Assembly: GCA_040954595.2 (NCBI GenBank)
Contig: CM082586.2
Coordinates: forward strand, 7,099,337 to 7,163,336
Origin: Balanoglossus misakiensis
Lineage: Eukaryota; Animalia; Hemichordata
Direction: 5' to 3'
DNA: 64,000 nt
The position numbers were made by a program, and so were the translations under genes. Shown piece by piece: positions 32,855 through 46,460 of this stretch. The notes under the pieces were generated by a model. It worked only from the letters and a program-made list of their open reading frames with translations, did no database searches and had not been told where the DNA came from. Every line of letters begins with the position of its first letter. The stretch's first letter is position 1.

Positions 32855-35800
32855 TGCATCAAGTACCGGTACACAAAATACCCAAATGCTGATTCCATGT
32901 AAAGTCATGTAAAAAAAGATGTAAATTTGCTACCAAGGCTAGCCTTTTGCTAGCAGCATTTTTTGACGAGAAAAACAAAACTTTACAGAAGCAATTAAGA
33001 TTTCTTGAAGGCCTTGATCGTTATTTTGAACACAAACTAGGTCACCAGAATGTATCTCGAACGAATGAACACTGTAAACAAACCAATTATCTCTAATCTC
33101 TCAAGACTTGCATTCTCCCGGAGGAATTTACGAAAATAAGGAAAATGGCTTTGAAATTTCTAAATCGCTTGCAGTTTCATGGCCATTCAGCTGTCAGTGA
33201 AGTAAACATTCAAGAATAGAAAAAAAAACAGTATCAATATTACTACAATTTTTGAAGGCCTGAGCATTTTCCGTTTATAGGTGCATTTATATGCATGCTA
33301 GTTTGTTGTTATACAACTGTACAGAGCCCAGACTACCGACTCACAATTGATTTTATTTCAATACAAAAAAATATGCAGCTATTAAAAATATAACATAAAT
33401 AAATCAACAATTGAGCTTATTTAAAAAAAAAAAATAACTATTAAAATATAAATAAATAAATGTTTTTATTAGTTACTAAAAGGAAACATGAGGAAACAAC
33501 TCATCCAAAAGAATTCCTTTTGATCTCAAAGGAATATGACAATTCAAGTAGATGCGAACAAAGTACTGGGCTTATCAATGTTCGCCTCGAAGTAATATTG
33601 TTCCAAGTGGCATTATCTCAAAGTGCAGCTCTGAATGAAACCAAATTCCACCTAAAGTAAAAAGCATTTCCCATGATTGTCGACGTGATACTTGTGTGCC
33701 TTGGCATTTCAGAGTTGGCAATACAATCGCTTGGACTTGGAGCTTATCATGTCTATAGCTCTGTCTGCAGACGTCACACTTATAAAAGCTTTATAGGATT
33801 AACTTATATGCCAAGTCTATTTGTGGGAGCTGCTACATGTATGTTGTTAACGCAGATTTGTAAGAGTAGTACAGGTGTATGCACCTTGAAAATAAGTCTT
33901 AACCTTTTTCTCATATTGTCATTATTGCCCAATAACATAAAATTCGAATCCAGAAAACCTCACATATTCCCTAACCCAATTTCCATGGACTTGGAAAAGT
34001 CCTATTGTTTTTAAAAGCATGGGTGACCCTTTTACTTGTAAAAAGGAGGTTAAAAGCCCAATTATACCCAGACTTTACCATCATCTGCAGTGGAGCCAGC
34101 CATTCTAAACAGTATACTTCATGCTGTGCTAATCATCCTGTATAATCCATGCGAACAGCAATTGCGACGTCCTAGTTTTTCCGGCATTCACAGCCACAAA
34201 ACACATCTAATGGAATTTCTCCTCTGTCACGTCCAGGTGTTAGGATTATCAATCACGGCCACTGACAGCTTTCATACATTCAGAACAGAATGGATAGAAG
34301 TCGGAATATATAATTGCCAATCAGCAGTAAAGTTAGCTTAAGTGGCAGTTAAATTTATGACTAGGCTACACATCAAATATTACATAGAGTTAGATGGCTT
34401 CAGGGCTTATACACAAAGTCATACTGATACATCAATCATGAATAATTATGTAATTGCACTTTTTTCATAAATTTAGATGAGTCGTCAAATTCAAGGTCAT
34501 GGCTTTTTAATCAGCCAAATTATGCAACACTGCCAGGGAAACCCTCTATGCATGCATATAATCAATGTTATTAGTTTTTTAGCTTGAATGGTGTTAATTA
34601 CCAATTGCAAGGTAAAGTCAATATTAAACCTGTCCTTATACAATGCATACTATGGTCTCCTCTCCAAGCAGGATGTCTTATGGGGAGGATCATGAAACTT
34701 GACAATTTGTCTATGGGGATATCTCTCTATTTGTAACACTGGGTACAGCTATTTCCTAGTTTAATATGAATTACACCATATTCAGTATAATTAAAATATT
34801 TTGCATACTCCTTCAAAATGAATACATGATAATATTTATATTTCACTACTTTTATTTCTGAATGTCTTCAGTTTTGAATCATTTGTAAAATGGTTCGTTC
34901 AATGGCCGAGTCTACTCTATAGCTTGTGTACAAATGCATGCATGTACCAGCTAGTACATGCAGTCCCCATCATTCAAGCCTGCAGAGTGCATATACCGTA
35001 TGTTTACTGGCAATACGTCTACTATAACCACTTTAAAAGCAACTGTAAAGGAGGCTTCCCGACTTAACATTCACCGCTTTTCAGAAGAACTGGGATACGA
35101 AAGCAATTACTTGTCTCTCGATCGTTTAGTGAGTGGATTAGTTTGCCGCAACATGGGTGATTAGATCGCGTTAACATACGCTGCAGGTTGTGTCAATTTA
35201 AATATGCAAATGAAATGCAAATCAGGCAGGAAGTGGATTTACATACGCACACGGGCATGTGACTGTTATTAGTATAACATGTGCCCTTCCTCAAATTCAA
35301 TTGTTTTTTCTTCCCTGAAGCAAGTACTCGCACATCTAAACATATACCCGCGGTACGGAGAGTGTTTCCGACATAACCGAAGGAAAATCCGTAGCTCGCA
35401 GCAAATCGTGGCAAGGATCGAGTTGTACAGGAACATTACGTTGTCAATTTAACCTCCTGGGGAAAATAAAGAGAGACTGTATACACTCAACGAATGACAG
35501 ACAAGCAAACAACTCACACTTTTCTTTCCACAGAAACCAGATTAGATCAGCCAGCGCTGCAGATAAGAACCAAATTTCAATTAAGGATGACTCCCCACGG
35601 GAAGGTTGTAAAACGGTTACTTTTTGATAACTGTGGAGTGACTGGGATGGGAAATGTTACCAGGCGGAATTCTCAGACACCTGTCTGTCAGCTCTGCTCA
35701 CTCCAATACATAGATACGGCAAGCACTGGGGAAATGATAACACTGAGTTCTCATTTTATCCTTCCTGCGACCACAGCACAAGAACAATCCTTGCAGACTT

Positions 35801-38213
35801 TAATGACAGAAAAGTTAAATGTTTCTCTATAAACTAATAATTTTTCATGACAAAATATCTCATTGGGTATACCCTATATAATCTAATTAATATTTTGTAA
35901 CTTCCATCTAAGAATTAGCATAAAACCTGGACTGCTCAAGGAATTATGTAAATACATAAATATTTCTAATCCTTCCCATGCATCGACAGATGACAATAAT
36001 CTTTGTGAAATATGGACAAGCTTTTCATAATACATCACCAATACCAAACAACAAAATAAATGGCTTTTTGTGTACTTTTTATCAATCTGTACTGGTATAC
36101 CGGCCAACATGACATCCCCATCATGTAGCTGAAATTCCATCCAATATGATACATGTAGTTCAGCATTTGAACCATGTCCAGAGGAAATTTCTGGAATGAT
36201 GTCCAAGGTCACCAAAGGGTCCAGGTGCAAAAAGTGACAAGAACTTGTCAGTACGAAATTAAAAGAAGAAGTCACTGTGTGCAATCTTAATAAGACATCT
36301 GTTTGAGTATAAATCATCATGCACCTGGAAAAGCCGGTTAAACTCAACCCTGGAGGTATTATATACTTCAACGAGCAAGGAGTAAAATATCTAACCTAAA
36401 ATTTCCCAGGCACTAGCTGTCATTTCAATGAGCCAGCTCTAACCCATCTGCATCGTTAAAAACGATCTGTGTCAGCAACGCAGCGAAAGCGGATTAAGCA
36501 ATGAGTTATCTGGAACAATCATCGACCTCAACACTAACGATTTATACATCTGGAACCAAAAGTATCTGAAACAATGCAGTGGCTGAGGGACATACTTCAA
36601 ATGTACACGGGCACTCACGCAAACCACTGCACGAGTATTTGAGTATTTCAGTGACAGCCACGTTTCATCGAGTATTAAATTTGTCAATCATTTCATCTAA
36701 CTGGTCAGTGTTGATGACATGGTATTAGATATAAATATAAAATTATATCAACTAAACTTGCTTTTCACTGACAATCAAGACAGGTTGCATCAAATTTGAT
36801 GTTCAATTTGCATGCTTTAACAAGTGGGATATAAAAAAAATATATGACCATTATACATTTAAGAGCTAGAACTCACAAATGCATAAACTGGTAGACCGAG
36901 CAATGTCCATAAAACCAACCATAAACATAAAATAATGATTCCATTGCGTAAATGGATAGACATGTGTCGAATATACAGGGTACAGTGAATGCAGAGAATC
37001 ATGGATTTCTTTGCCTGCACTGTACCAAAAATTTATGTACATTCGACCAAAATATCCAAATACACAAAATATTCAAATAGCAACAAAGTAAATATAAATT
37101 TATCTTGGCAACCAGAAACTGATAATTCAGTCACAGCCAAACATGAGATTCCGATGATGTCTCGACACTTCCTTCTCTATCCGTTACATGGTTATTCCGT
37201 ATGTAAGTTAGGACAGATTAATTTTGCAATCTATGCCTTCAAAGCAGCCAAAACAATATTTCAATCGTGATGTCCACCTGTGTTACAGCTGGAGACGTAA
37301 TCACCTTACCTATAATCTGATAAGACCCGTCTCGACAATTCAGCACTGCAATCAAGTTAAACAGAAAATCAGAGCCACACCAGTTTCCTAGCATAGATGC
37401 GTGTATCTGCTGACGATCAAATTGGCATAAAGTCTGTCTGCACGCTCTATGCCAAATTTTACAACCTTCCGCAATTTTTATTACTTTCTCTTGTAAAGCT
37501 TGCATCATAGCTGTGAAGAATTTCCTGTTCCATTCTGGGAATTTTTATGACATATCGAAAAAGCAGTCAGTCGAGAGATTATGCACTGTCATGTGATAAT
37601 TTTAATCTCAGACATTTGTACAATCACATGGATGATGAATTGTATTATGGGTAAAAAAAAGTCCCTTTGACTGTCATAGCTTGGATAGATTATCTATTAC
37701 CTGTAACTCATGCCATATACTTGCAGTGTGCGGCTACAAGTTCTTTCTTTGCTGTTAGCACATAAAAACGTTTCAAATTTCTTCCCAGGTTGACAGTTCA
37801 GACTGACATTAATTTTGTTAAGCATCAGGACAAGCTGTTATGCTAAAACTAGTAGATATTCACCTACTCGAAATATGAATATATTCTAAATGAAAACAAG
37901 TAAAAGAGTTTAATTTTTATCACTCACCTAGGTAGCAAAAACGTTTGCAAAATGTAGGGCAGCAAAAATCTAGATGATAATTGCCAGACATTAATACCGT
38001 AGTATTTGGTTGCTAGGAAACTAAAATACATTGAAAGACACTTCGATAAAATAATTCTACTTAATTGTCCTTTCAGAACAAGTCGACAAACAGACAGATA
38101 GTCTGTTGCATTGGACTACCAGCACTGGGTGAATAAGCTCTCACATATTGATTACAAGAACATACATGTACATGGAAAAGTGAAAAAGACTCTTCAGATA
38201 TGTCTATCATTAA

Positions 38214-38313
38214 AGGGACAGGAGATGTAACTTATGCACGTCAACATGTACTTGCATGATTATACAGAATAATAAACTGAAAATATTATAAGTTACAGCA
38301 ATTAACTATCCCT
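38214..38313. mobile_element. 100-bp TTAA-flanked Kolobok-like MITE
   Basis: TTAA-AGGGA...TGTAACTTAT...ATAAGTTACA...TCCCT-TTAA. Confidence 0.55.
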
Positions 38314-41300
38314 TTAATATCACTTCTTCATATTTGCGTCAAAAGTTTAAGGGTCATGATACAGATTTCTACTGATGCACATACCGTACTCTGTCAGTCT
38401 TACACTATACAGCAATTGTTTAGAGATAACTTTTTCATCTCAATTGAGAAGATCTTTTGCAAAAAAATCAATTAAGTAGGGGCTGGTTATAGTGTGCTTG
38501 ACTGCACATAATGGCCACTTGAGATTCTCGCCATCTGCCTCCCTTAACACAATGGATAATTCTCAGCACCCCTTAAATAATTTGGCTGCCTAGTACTAGT
38601 TGAGTGACAAATTTTATGTGGGTCGAAAAATTTCAAGATGGCAAATTTCTGCCATATTTAACAAATGGAAGCTCATGACAAACTATATACTATTTTTTTT
38701 CAAGAGAGACAAATAAATGCTGTAGTTTGTTGTGCTAATATGGTCGATATTTAAATATTATTCAAATATTAATTTTCACCAAAAATCGCAACTTATCAAA
38801 CCTTGGTGAAAGATATGATATACTAATAAATAAACTAACAAAACACCCATCTGTACTGCCTGAAGGTTTACTTGATTTATTAAAAATCAGACATTGTTTA
38901 AATATTCATGCGGTTCAAATTGCACGCAATAAACATGTACGGTACTCTGCCATGCATGCAACTTTCATCTGTCAAGTTATTTCCATTATCATTGGCACGA
39001 TATGTTGCAGAGTAAAGGAATTCAAAAGCCTGTGATACTGTCTCAATGTGAGCGAGGGCATTTATGTCGAAAAATAGCTATCGACGAATTCTCTTATGTT
39101 CACTGAGAAGGATAAGCACTCATGATTGATTGCAACCTTTGACCTCATATGATCATGGTTCCGACTGTTCGCAGAGACGTAGCGTATTGAGTCCTTTCGC
39201 TCTGTTTACATGCACTAAGAGATTTAGTGATCTCATGAATCAAGACGTCTGTGGTAAAACCAACAAATGACAAATCCCTCTTGGTATTGCTTGTACAGGG
39301 ACATACTCACTTGTACCCAGGCCATGTTCTGAGGTTAGCACCCACATTCTTGCACCATGTAAAGCAATATATCATGAAAATTGACACTGAGCAAAGCTGT
39401 CTATGTGTGTTGGGTTCAAAATTGATAATGCATACATGTACTTTCATATTTCTGATGATATTTTCGATATATTTATTTTGTGTAGGAGTTTCATGTTCTA
39501 CTGGACCCTACAGCACATTGATATTATGCCACATTATTGTTGATAAATACATTTTTGTCCAGACTAATTCAAATGTCAACAGTGATATACCGGTATGTAT
39601 TTTACATATACATACCCGGTATGCGTATGTAAACAAGATGGCCGGTTTGATCTCAACTTGTCATGGTAACTGTGGCTTAAAATTTGCATAGGTGCATGAC
39701 TGTTTACCTTCGAGAGTCGAAATGAACAAATTAAGACTGGAAAACACACACATTTCTATTTTTGATTTATAGACTAGTACGCATAGTTTTATCTGTACAG
39801 CTGTGCACATTAAATCATGCGTATATTCCATGGGGCCAAAAGTTCATAAATAGAGCTAGCAAACTGTCCCTCTGTCAGTAATATACAGCATGTCTTACTT
39901 CACTGTATATACTGGTACAGCATACTTTGACTAATATCATTCAGTTGACTGATAGAGTGTCCAAAAATGCCAATAACATTCTGCAGATACCAAAATACAT
40001 GTGTTGATAATGACATGTACTATGCACAAACCTAAAGTTGATATATGTCAAGTTCAATTTTTTACCTTGGAAAATGAAATTCAACTCTGCCTCAGAAAAC
40101 AAGAAAATTCACAAACCCAATGGAAATAATGGTACAATTTCCACACAGAAGTGATCAACTTGGTTATATTTTTTACAGCCACTCTCTCCCAGGACATTGC
40201 TCCCAGCAAACTAGAATGTTGAAATCGTGTAAGTGGATTATGGCACTTGCAATTTAATGTTACGGTTTATATGTGATTGAAAACTACTGGAAGTACAGGC
40301 AATTCCATCAGATCACACAGCAATCATGTCGGCAGTATACGTAGGATCATCTATATTAGATCTTATCATACGACTCCAATTTTCAGAAAGGAATAAAACT
40401 ATGGAAATAAAACCTTACTGCAGCCAAGGAAATGAAACTGTGAAAAATATGGGGAAATGTGCTTCCTTGCAAGCCATAAAAGCTGTCTCCGGGCCTATAT
40501 CATGAATGTGTTTTGGGGATTAGGAAGTAATGTGGAAAAAAAATGATGATGAGAAAAATCAATTTAATGTGAAGTGGTTGGCCAGGAATAAGGTGATAGA
40601 GTAATCTTTGCATCATTTGTTTTTTATATAGGGCATTTATTCTGATCTGACGCAATGACTGCTTCGTATTGCTGTCAATTTTGTGTAGATCAACGCTAAA
40701 ATGCCCCTGACAGAGTTCATATGGTATGCACGTGAGGCTTCCAGCAGTGAAACATTAGTTTTTGCAATGACAACTTCCCCATCCCCAATAAAGATATTTG
40801 AAATAATCATGGGTCTCTGAAAAGGGATATCAATTTTTATTGCAATGGAATGGTGACAGGGAGAAAAGTGCCCTTCACTCACAAACAGACTTATATGTAG
40901 GGCATACATTCTAAAGTACCACTGGTTTCAGAATTTTGATATGTTTTATGGAGTGTTGCTGGCAACTAGCTTTACAGATACTATATAATGTCCTTCAACT
41001 TCAAACACTGAAGTTCAACAGGAAACAAACACAAGGGACAGTCAACAGGACTGAAAACAACATATCTGACTTGAAAGCATACACGCACGGTATGAAAAGT
41101 AATACTTACAAATTCAAGGCACAGCTTCAGTTACAGAGAAATTTTCTCCGCTTTTTGCACAGTAATCCGGCTAACACTTGCACATGTTTTGCTCCCTTAT
41201 GGTATCATCAGGTCATCTAAAGGCCATGCAGAAGAAGCCCAACAACATTCAGTCATATCAAATAGCCTAAGAGAAGCCTATCATAGTTGCATCTTTTCAG

Positions 41301-41814
41301 CTGTGTATTTATAATCCCGCTAGGTGGCCAGGTTGCTCCAATATACAATTTCAAGTCAAACCCATCTAATCTGGACGCGACCATTATTTTTCTCAGGGGT
41401 TCTACGCTCGTCCGGCAAAGACTTTCTTGACGCTAATCAGTTCAGAACAACTGGCTGGTCCCTTGATTCTCTTTATACATTTATATGGCGGCGACTTGGC
41501 TATACATTTGTCCTCCTCAGAAGACGTTCCTATATTGAAATATGCTACGAAGCTATCTGAAAGTGCTCTCATGTATTTCACATATCTAGGACACTCAGAA
41601 ATGTTTCTAACAGTTGAAATTAATGTGAGTGTGCACATTATAAATGGGCGGGCCATAGTAAGGCTGAAAATTGGCAAATACTTTCTTTGCTTAGTAATCA
41701 ATTACACTATATGAACAGAGTGCAGTTTGGATGTATAAACATTATAATTCTGTTCTGCTAGTTGTGCAATTATATCATTTTTTTTCAGCAAATTTTACCT
41801 AATTGCCCCTACAT

Positions 41815-41862
41815 TGATGACGACGACGATTATGATGATGATGATGATAGTGGTGGTGATGA
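41815..41862. repeat. (GAT/GAC)n microsatellite
   Basis: Direct inspection. Confidence 0.8.
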
Positions 41863-42293
41863 TTGAATTTATCCTTAAAAATAAATTTCACAGGTTCATA
41901 AAAATCAGCTAATCACGAAAGGATTGAGACAAAGTAAAAATTAGCACTTGTCTGACAGTAGAACAGTGTCAAAAACGGTTGAACATTTCAAGGAAACTGT
42001 GAGGAAACAGCTCCTGTTCGCTTCGGAAATTATCACATCATCGCGTGCGCTGACAGCATTGTGGGCCTTAAGGTTATTTCCGCCTCCCGTTATATTGACA
42101 AACCCCTTGATAATTGAAACACTAAATATAGCAGGTATAAGGCATTAGCAATGAGGCTAATGGACACGTGCTGGACAGATTTATTGAGAGACGACAGCCA
42201 TGGCAGAGTCAATATAAAACACACAGAGACTGGAGAGTGCAAACACACTCGCATCTACTGTATTGCCCTTTCATGTTTCATTATACCGTACGC

Positions 42294-42379
42294 TAGTCTA
42301 GTATCTAGCTGTGTGTCGTCTGCTTTGCTTCCAAAACTAACAAGCAAAGCAGATTAACACACGGCTAGATTCTAGACTG
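42294..42379. mobile_element. 86-bp hairpin mini-element, TAGTCTAG family
   Basis: ~37-bp inverted arms; shares TAGTCTAxTATCTAGC and TCTGCTTTxCTTCCAA with 24633. Confidence 0.7.
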
Positions 42380-43132
42380 AAGGTACACTGAGTCTGTAGT
42401 TGGGATAAAATGAATTCCAGCCACAAAATAATTTGACTATTTTCTCAGAAATTGTGTGTGTTATCTATCATACCCTAAAGCTCCATTGGAAATACATCAT
42501 TATAAGGCAAAAATGTAACTTAATTCCATAGTACATCCATACGGTATACTCGCACTTGAACGAGCAAATTCTGATCACCTGATCTGTTAGGTTCCCATGA
42601 CAACACAAATGCAAAATGTAGCAATAATGGCATCGATTTTGAATCATTAGATTGAAGTTAAGCATTAACAAAGATATCATTTTTCAGTTTACTATTAAAA
42701 AGCCATTTATAAATAGACATCATGACCTCCCTGATTACGATTGTGCCCTCATAAAATATCAATCTGCAATCAATTCTGTCTTCAAAATATCAAGCTTATT
42801 GATTGGTCTGTGTTAAAAATACCCCAAATTTGAAAGATCAATAGAAGGGCACAAGTTATCCACCAGAAATAGAAAATTTTCAATTTCTTGACACCCACTC
42901 AGATGATAATTGTCAGAAAGCTTGCAATGATTAAAGAAACATAAATTCTATATTGACATTTAGTTTGTTTGTTTGTTGGGGGGGGGGGTGTGAGTGCAAG
43001 AAGTGGTAAGCAAAGATAGTTTTAGTTTTGTTTTTCAACCATAGCAGTATACCGGTAGTGTTTTTATAAAAATTAATCTTATTGAATGCACCAGTAGGTA
43101 GAGCAAGCAAGTTTCTGCAGTACACACCGTAA

Positions 43133-43217
43133 CCTGTTCACTCCCAAATCCCCAGAGGTAAAACCCATTTGGCTCTGCAAATTATAGAATCATTATATTT
43201 CCTAGGAGTGATGAGGG
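43133..43217. mobile_element. Diverged 85-bp piggyBac-type MITE relative
   Basis: TAA-CCTGTTCACTCC...GGAGTGATGAGGG-TT; same length as the 6793 family. Confidence 0.35.
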
Positions 43218-46200
43218 TTGCAGAAATAAACGTTTAAGCCATCCAAACACTGGGGACATGAAATCTCAGGTCTTATTACTGCTAGTAAAGAGATTAGGAG
43301 AGATTTCGCCGTAACTGATCCCAGTTGTGAAGAATTATTGAATTGCTAAAATTAGACTTTGGCCTTTGATATCGTACATTTGATTTCTAAAATTGTTCAT
43401 ATCAAAATGGTAATACTAATAGCAGCAGGAGCAAATTTTCTGAAAATAGTCGTGGAAGACTTAAATTTTCCAATTGCTGTCTTCATGGTCTTAGGGTGGG
43501 TATTTTTGAAATAGAATTTGATAGGGAATATCAAATTATGACAGGTGAATGTTTTTTGTATCTGGTCTTTGTAAAACATATCTTTTGTCATTAATTAAAA
43601 TGCACGGATAATTATACATTCAATGATTCTTCTCAACACTTTGCAAAACACCTGTATATACATTTGAGTCTTTAGGCAGATTTTCACATAAAAATCAAAG
43701 ATTAAAATACCAGCCTCCATGATAACTTTATGTTCAATCATTAACTATCAACTGAAATTGATTTCAATATATACACTTGTATAACTGTTAGTTTCATCAC
43801 TGTTTGGCAGGGGATGAGATTTGAAAATGGACTTGTATTTTATGTTATTGCAACCCAGATCGACGTTGCAATTAACCTAGTCTGTGCACACGAGATGTCA
43901 CCAAGCAAAATTATCTGGTACATATATCCAAAGGATACATTTCAACAGTGGAGTTTTGTCTTGATTTAGCACTCGCTAACATGATCTATCTGACACACAA
44001 ACACACAGAGTTGACTACGTAAACCAGCAACAAACAAATTAAATTCCTTCAGAACAATGTTTCCATGTGCAATGCTATGCCATCCTTAATTCAGCCAAGC
44101 CAAGTAGAATACTCGCCCACACTACAAATCACACCATGACAGTGCCACAGCAGTAGCGATCAATTCGGTGTTTAATTACGTCTCCTACACATATCTAATT
44201 ACAGTCTGGCTGTATATCACTACATTACGATCACTTTAATGTTCATGTACTGGACTTCAAGACAGACATGATCGAATAAACTATTATGTTAGAGTATATA
44301 CACACAAGCTGTACTTGGATCACATCTTTTTACATTTCCACTGGTGCAGTACACTGGCACAGCATAACCTTAGTTGGAAATATATCTTCTGGAAATTCCA
44401 TCAAATCAAATCATAACATATCATATATCAAATCAAATAAACACAGGATACCATTTTGGATTTCAAGGGCAATAACACAGATGCATGGGTTAATTTCATC
44501 CAAAGTCAGAAAATTACTTATTGAGAAACTCCCTAAGTTTATAATTATAAACACTTCCACCAATTATTGTGAAAGTGGATACTAAGGTATGGTACAACTT
44601 CATACATCAAACTCTCAGGATAGGTAAATTCTGAGTAACGTGGTACTGATACTCGGTTATCATTTTCTACTGGAGTACACAGTAGCCTAGGAAAACACAC
44701 ATCTCTGCAGTTGGTGCAGTAAAAACTGTGGGGTGTCTGACAGCCGTTTGTGAGAATGAATTGTCCACTATACAGGACCATCCCTGGAGATGTGTAATTG
44801 TACTAACGGCTAAACTGATATATTAGAAGTTCGGTGCAAGAACACCACGCTCAGCAATTCATGAGTTTCAGCGCAGAATACCCAATGATTGTCAAAACCA
44901 TTAAGGCATGCAGTGCATGTAGATAAATACCCGGCAGGAGGTCACTAAAGACTCTGATGCATGTAAACTCAGCATAGGACTGGGTATAATATTTGTAAAT
45001 GTTATAAAAAAACACGCACATTTACATACAAAATGAATACATTGTACTACATGCCACGCCCGGCTGTTTTCTTGCCTCACCCACAAGACATGCAGGGCAT
45101 ACATGTCTGTTGCGGCTGACTTTTTCACAGCTTGCTTTAAATTAGAACGCACTCACCTCTAAAATCAAAAAGAAGGAAGCAGAAAAAAAATAATTTCACA
45201 CAACAGCTTAATTATCTTCTATGCCTCCCATGCTATTACTCTACCGTTGAGTAATATTCGCTTTTGAAACTTACTAGATATTCACAACCTCGACTGAATG
45301 AACCCAGAAGCCACACTACAGCTGCAGTTATCACTGGTACCCTTTTTTCCTGAGACACAATAAATAATAAAATATGAAATTCAAACATTGATCACACCAC
45401 TGAGAAAGTCAGCAATACATGGACATTTAATTTCCTGTTTTGACTCCAACCGTTAACAAAAGCTGGATCCTGATATATATTATTATTCCAAACTATCGCT
45501 TTTTTATGAGTGACAGTCAACAGCATAACTACAATCAATGTTGCCAGACAAAAATCAATATCCATGACTGTTGTTAAGAATAATTCACACTCTGCGGCTG
45601 TTGAGGTGACATTTTCCCACAAAACAGTTTCTCAGAAGGGGAAAAATAATTGTGATATGATGATCCTCCTTTTCCAGAACTTTCAGAAGGATTTTCAATT
45701 AATTAGAGGCTTAAAAAGAAGAAAGGTCTGGTATCTTATTATACTATTAATCCATCTTATAATGATTGACAGGTGGGTGTGGCTTGCTAAATTCTGTAAA
45801 TATAACTCAGCAATCCAGATGAATCAATGACCATCACCTTTGGAAAAACAACCATAATGGTCGTTAAATTTGTTATCTGTTTCTGCAGTCAGATCAACCG
45901 ATTGTGGACAATAACTCAAATATACCGTACAAATTGAATATGGAATATCATTTCCCAGCCTTGACTCTTATCGCAATGGTATCTTACAACATTTCCAACT
46001 GAATGTCACGTCTGTCTGTTGACCTGTCTTTATTTTGCCTCTGCCAACAAAACCAACATATTAAAGCTCACGCGTTGAACCTGCAAGCTAATGGCCTGTC
46101 AGACCTGCTGAGAAAGGTGATATACCTGGTAACTTCCTTCCTCTTGAAGTCAATCTCAGTTAGTGTTCTTCCACTGATTGGACCTACAGTTATCGTCGAG

Positions 46201-46299
46201 AAGGGGGTAGTCTATATTTAATGTAATCATCTATGCCTTGGCTATAACCTTAATCAAGAGGATTCCATGATTGACTTCAAGGAGACGTACGTCAAATTA

Positions 46300-46460
46300 C
46301 CAGTATGAGGTTGTCTTATCACTCCTGAGTAAGGGAGAAACAATGGGAAGTAAAAGTGCCTAATCACAGGCACAACTCCAGGGCGTATTAATGCCTTGGT
46401 TTCGAACTCACCATCTTCCAATCGAGTGTACAAGTACACATACCACTCTATTCACTGCCC
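46300..46460 (-). mobile_element. tRNA-derived SINE with a CORE-like domain, decayed
   Basis: A-box-like ...TAGAGTGGTA, B box GAGTTCGAAACC, then GTTGTGCCTGTGATTAGGCACTTTTACTTCCCATTGTTTCTCCCTTACTCAGGAGTG, which resembles the MIR/CORE-type segment. Confidence 0.55.

Noticed and set aside
38477-38575. Small Harbinger-like MITE (TAGGGGGCTG...CAGCACCCCTTA)
   Set aside because: The inverted match is too short and imperfect, and no second copy was seen.
41324-41714. Three overlapping ORFs near a GC box and TATA-like motif
   Set aside because: No domain similarity or convincing splice sites.
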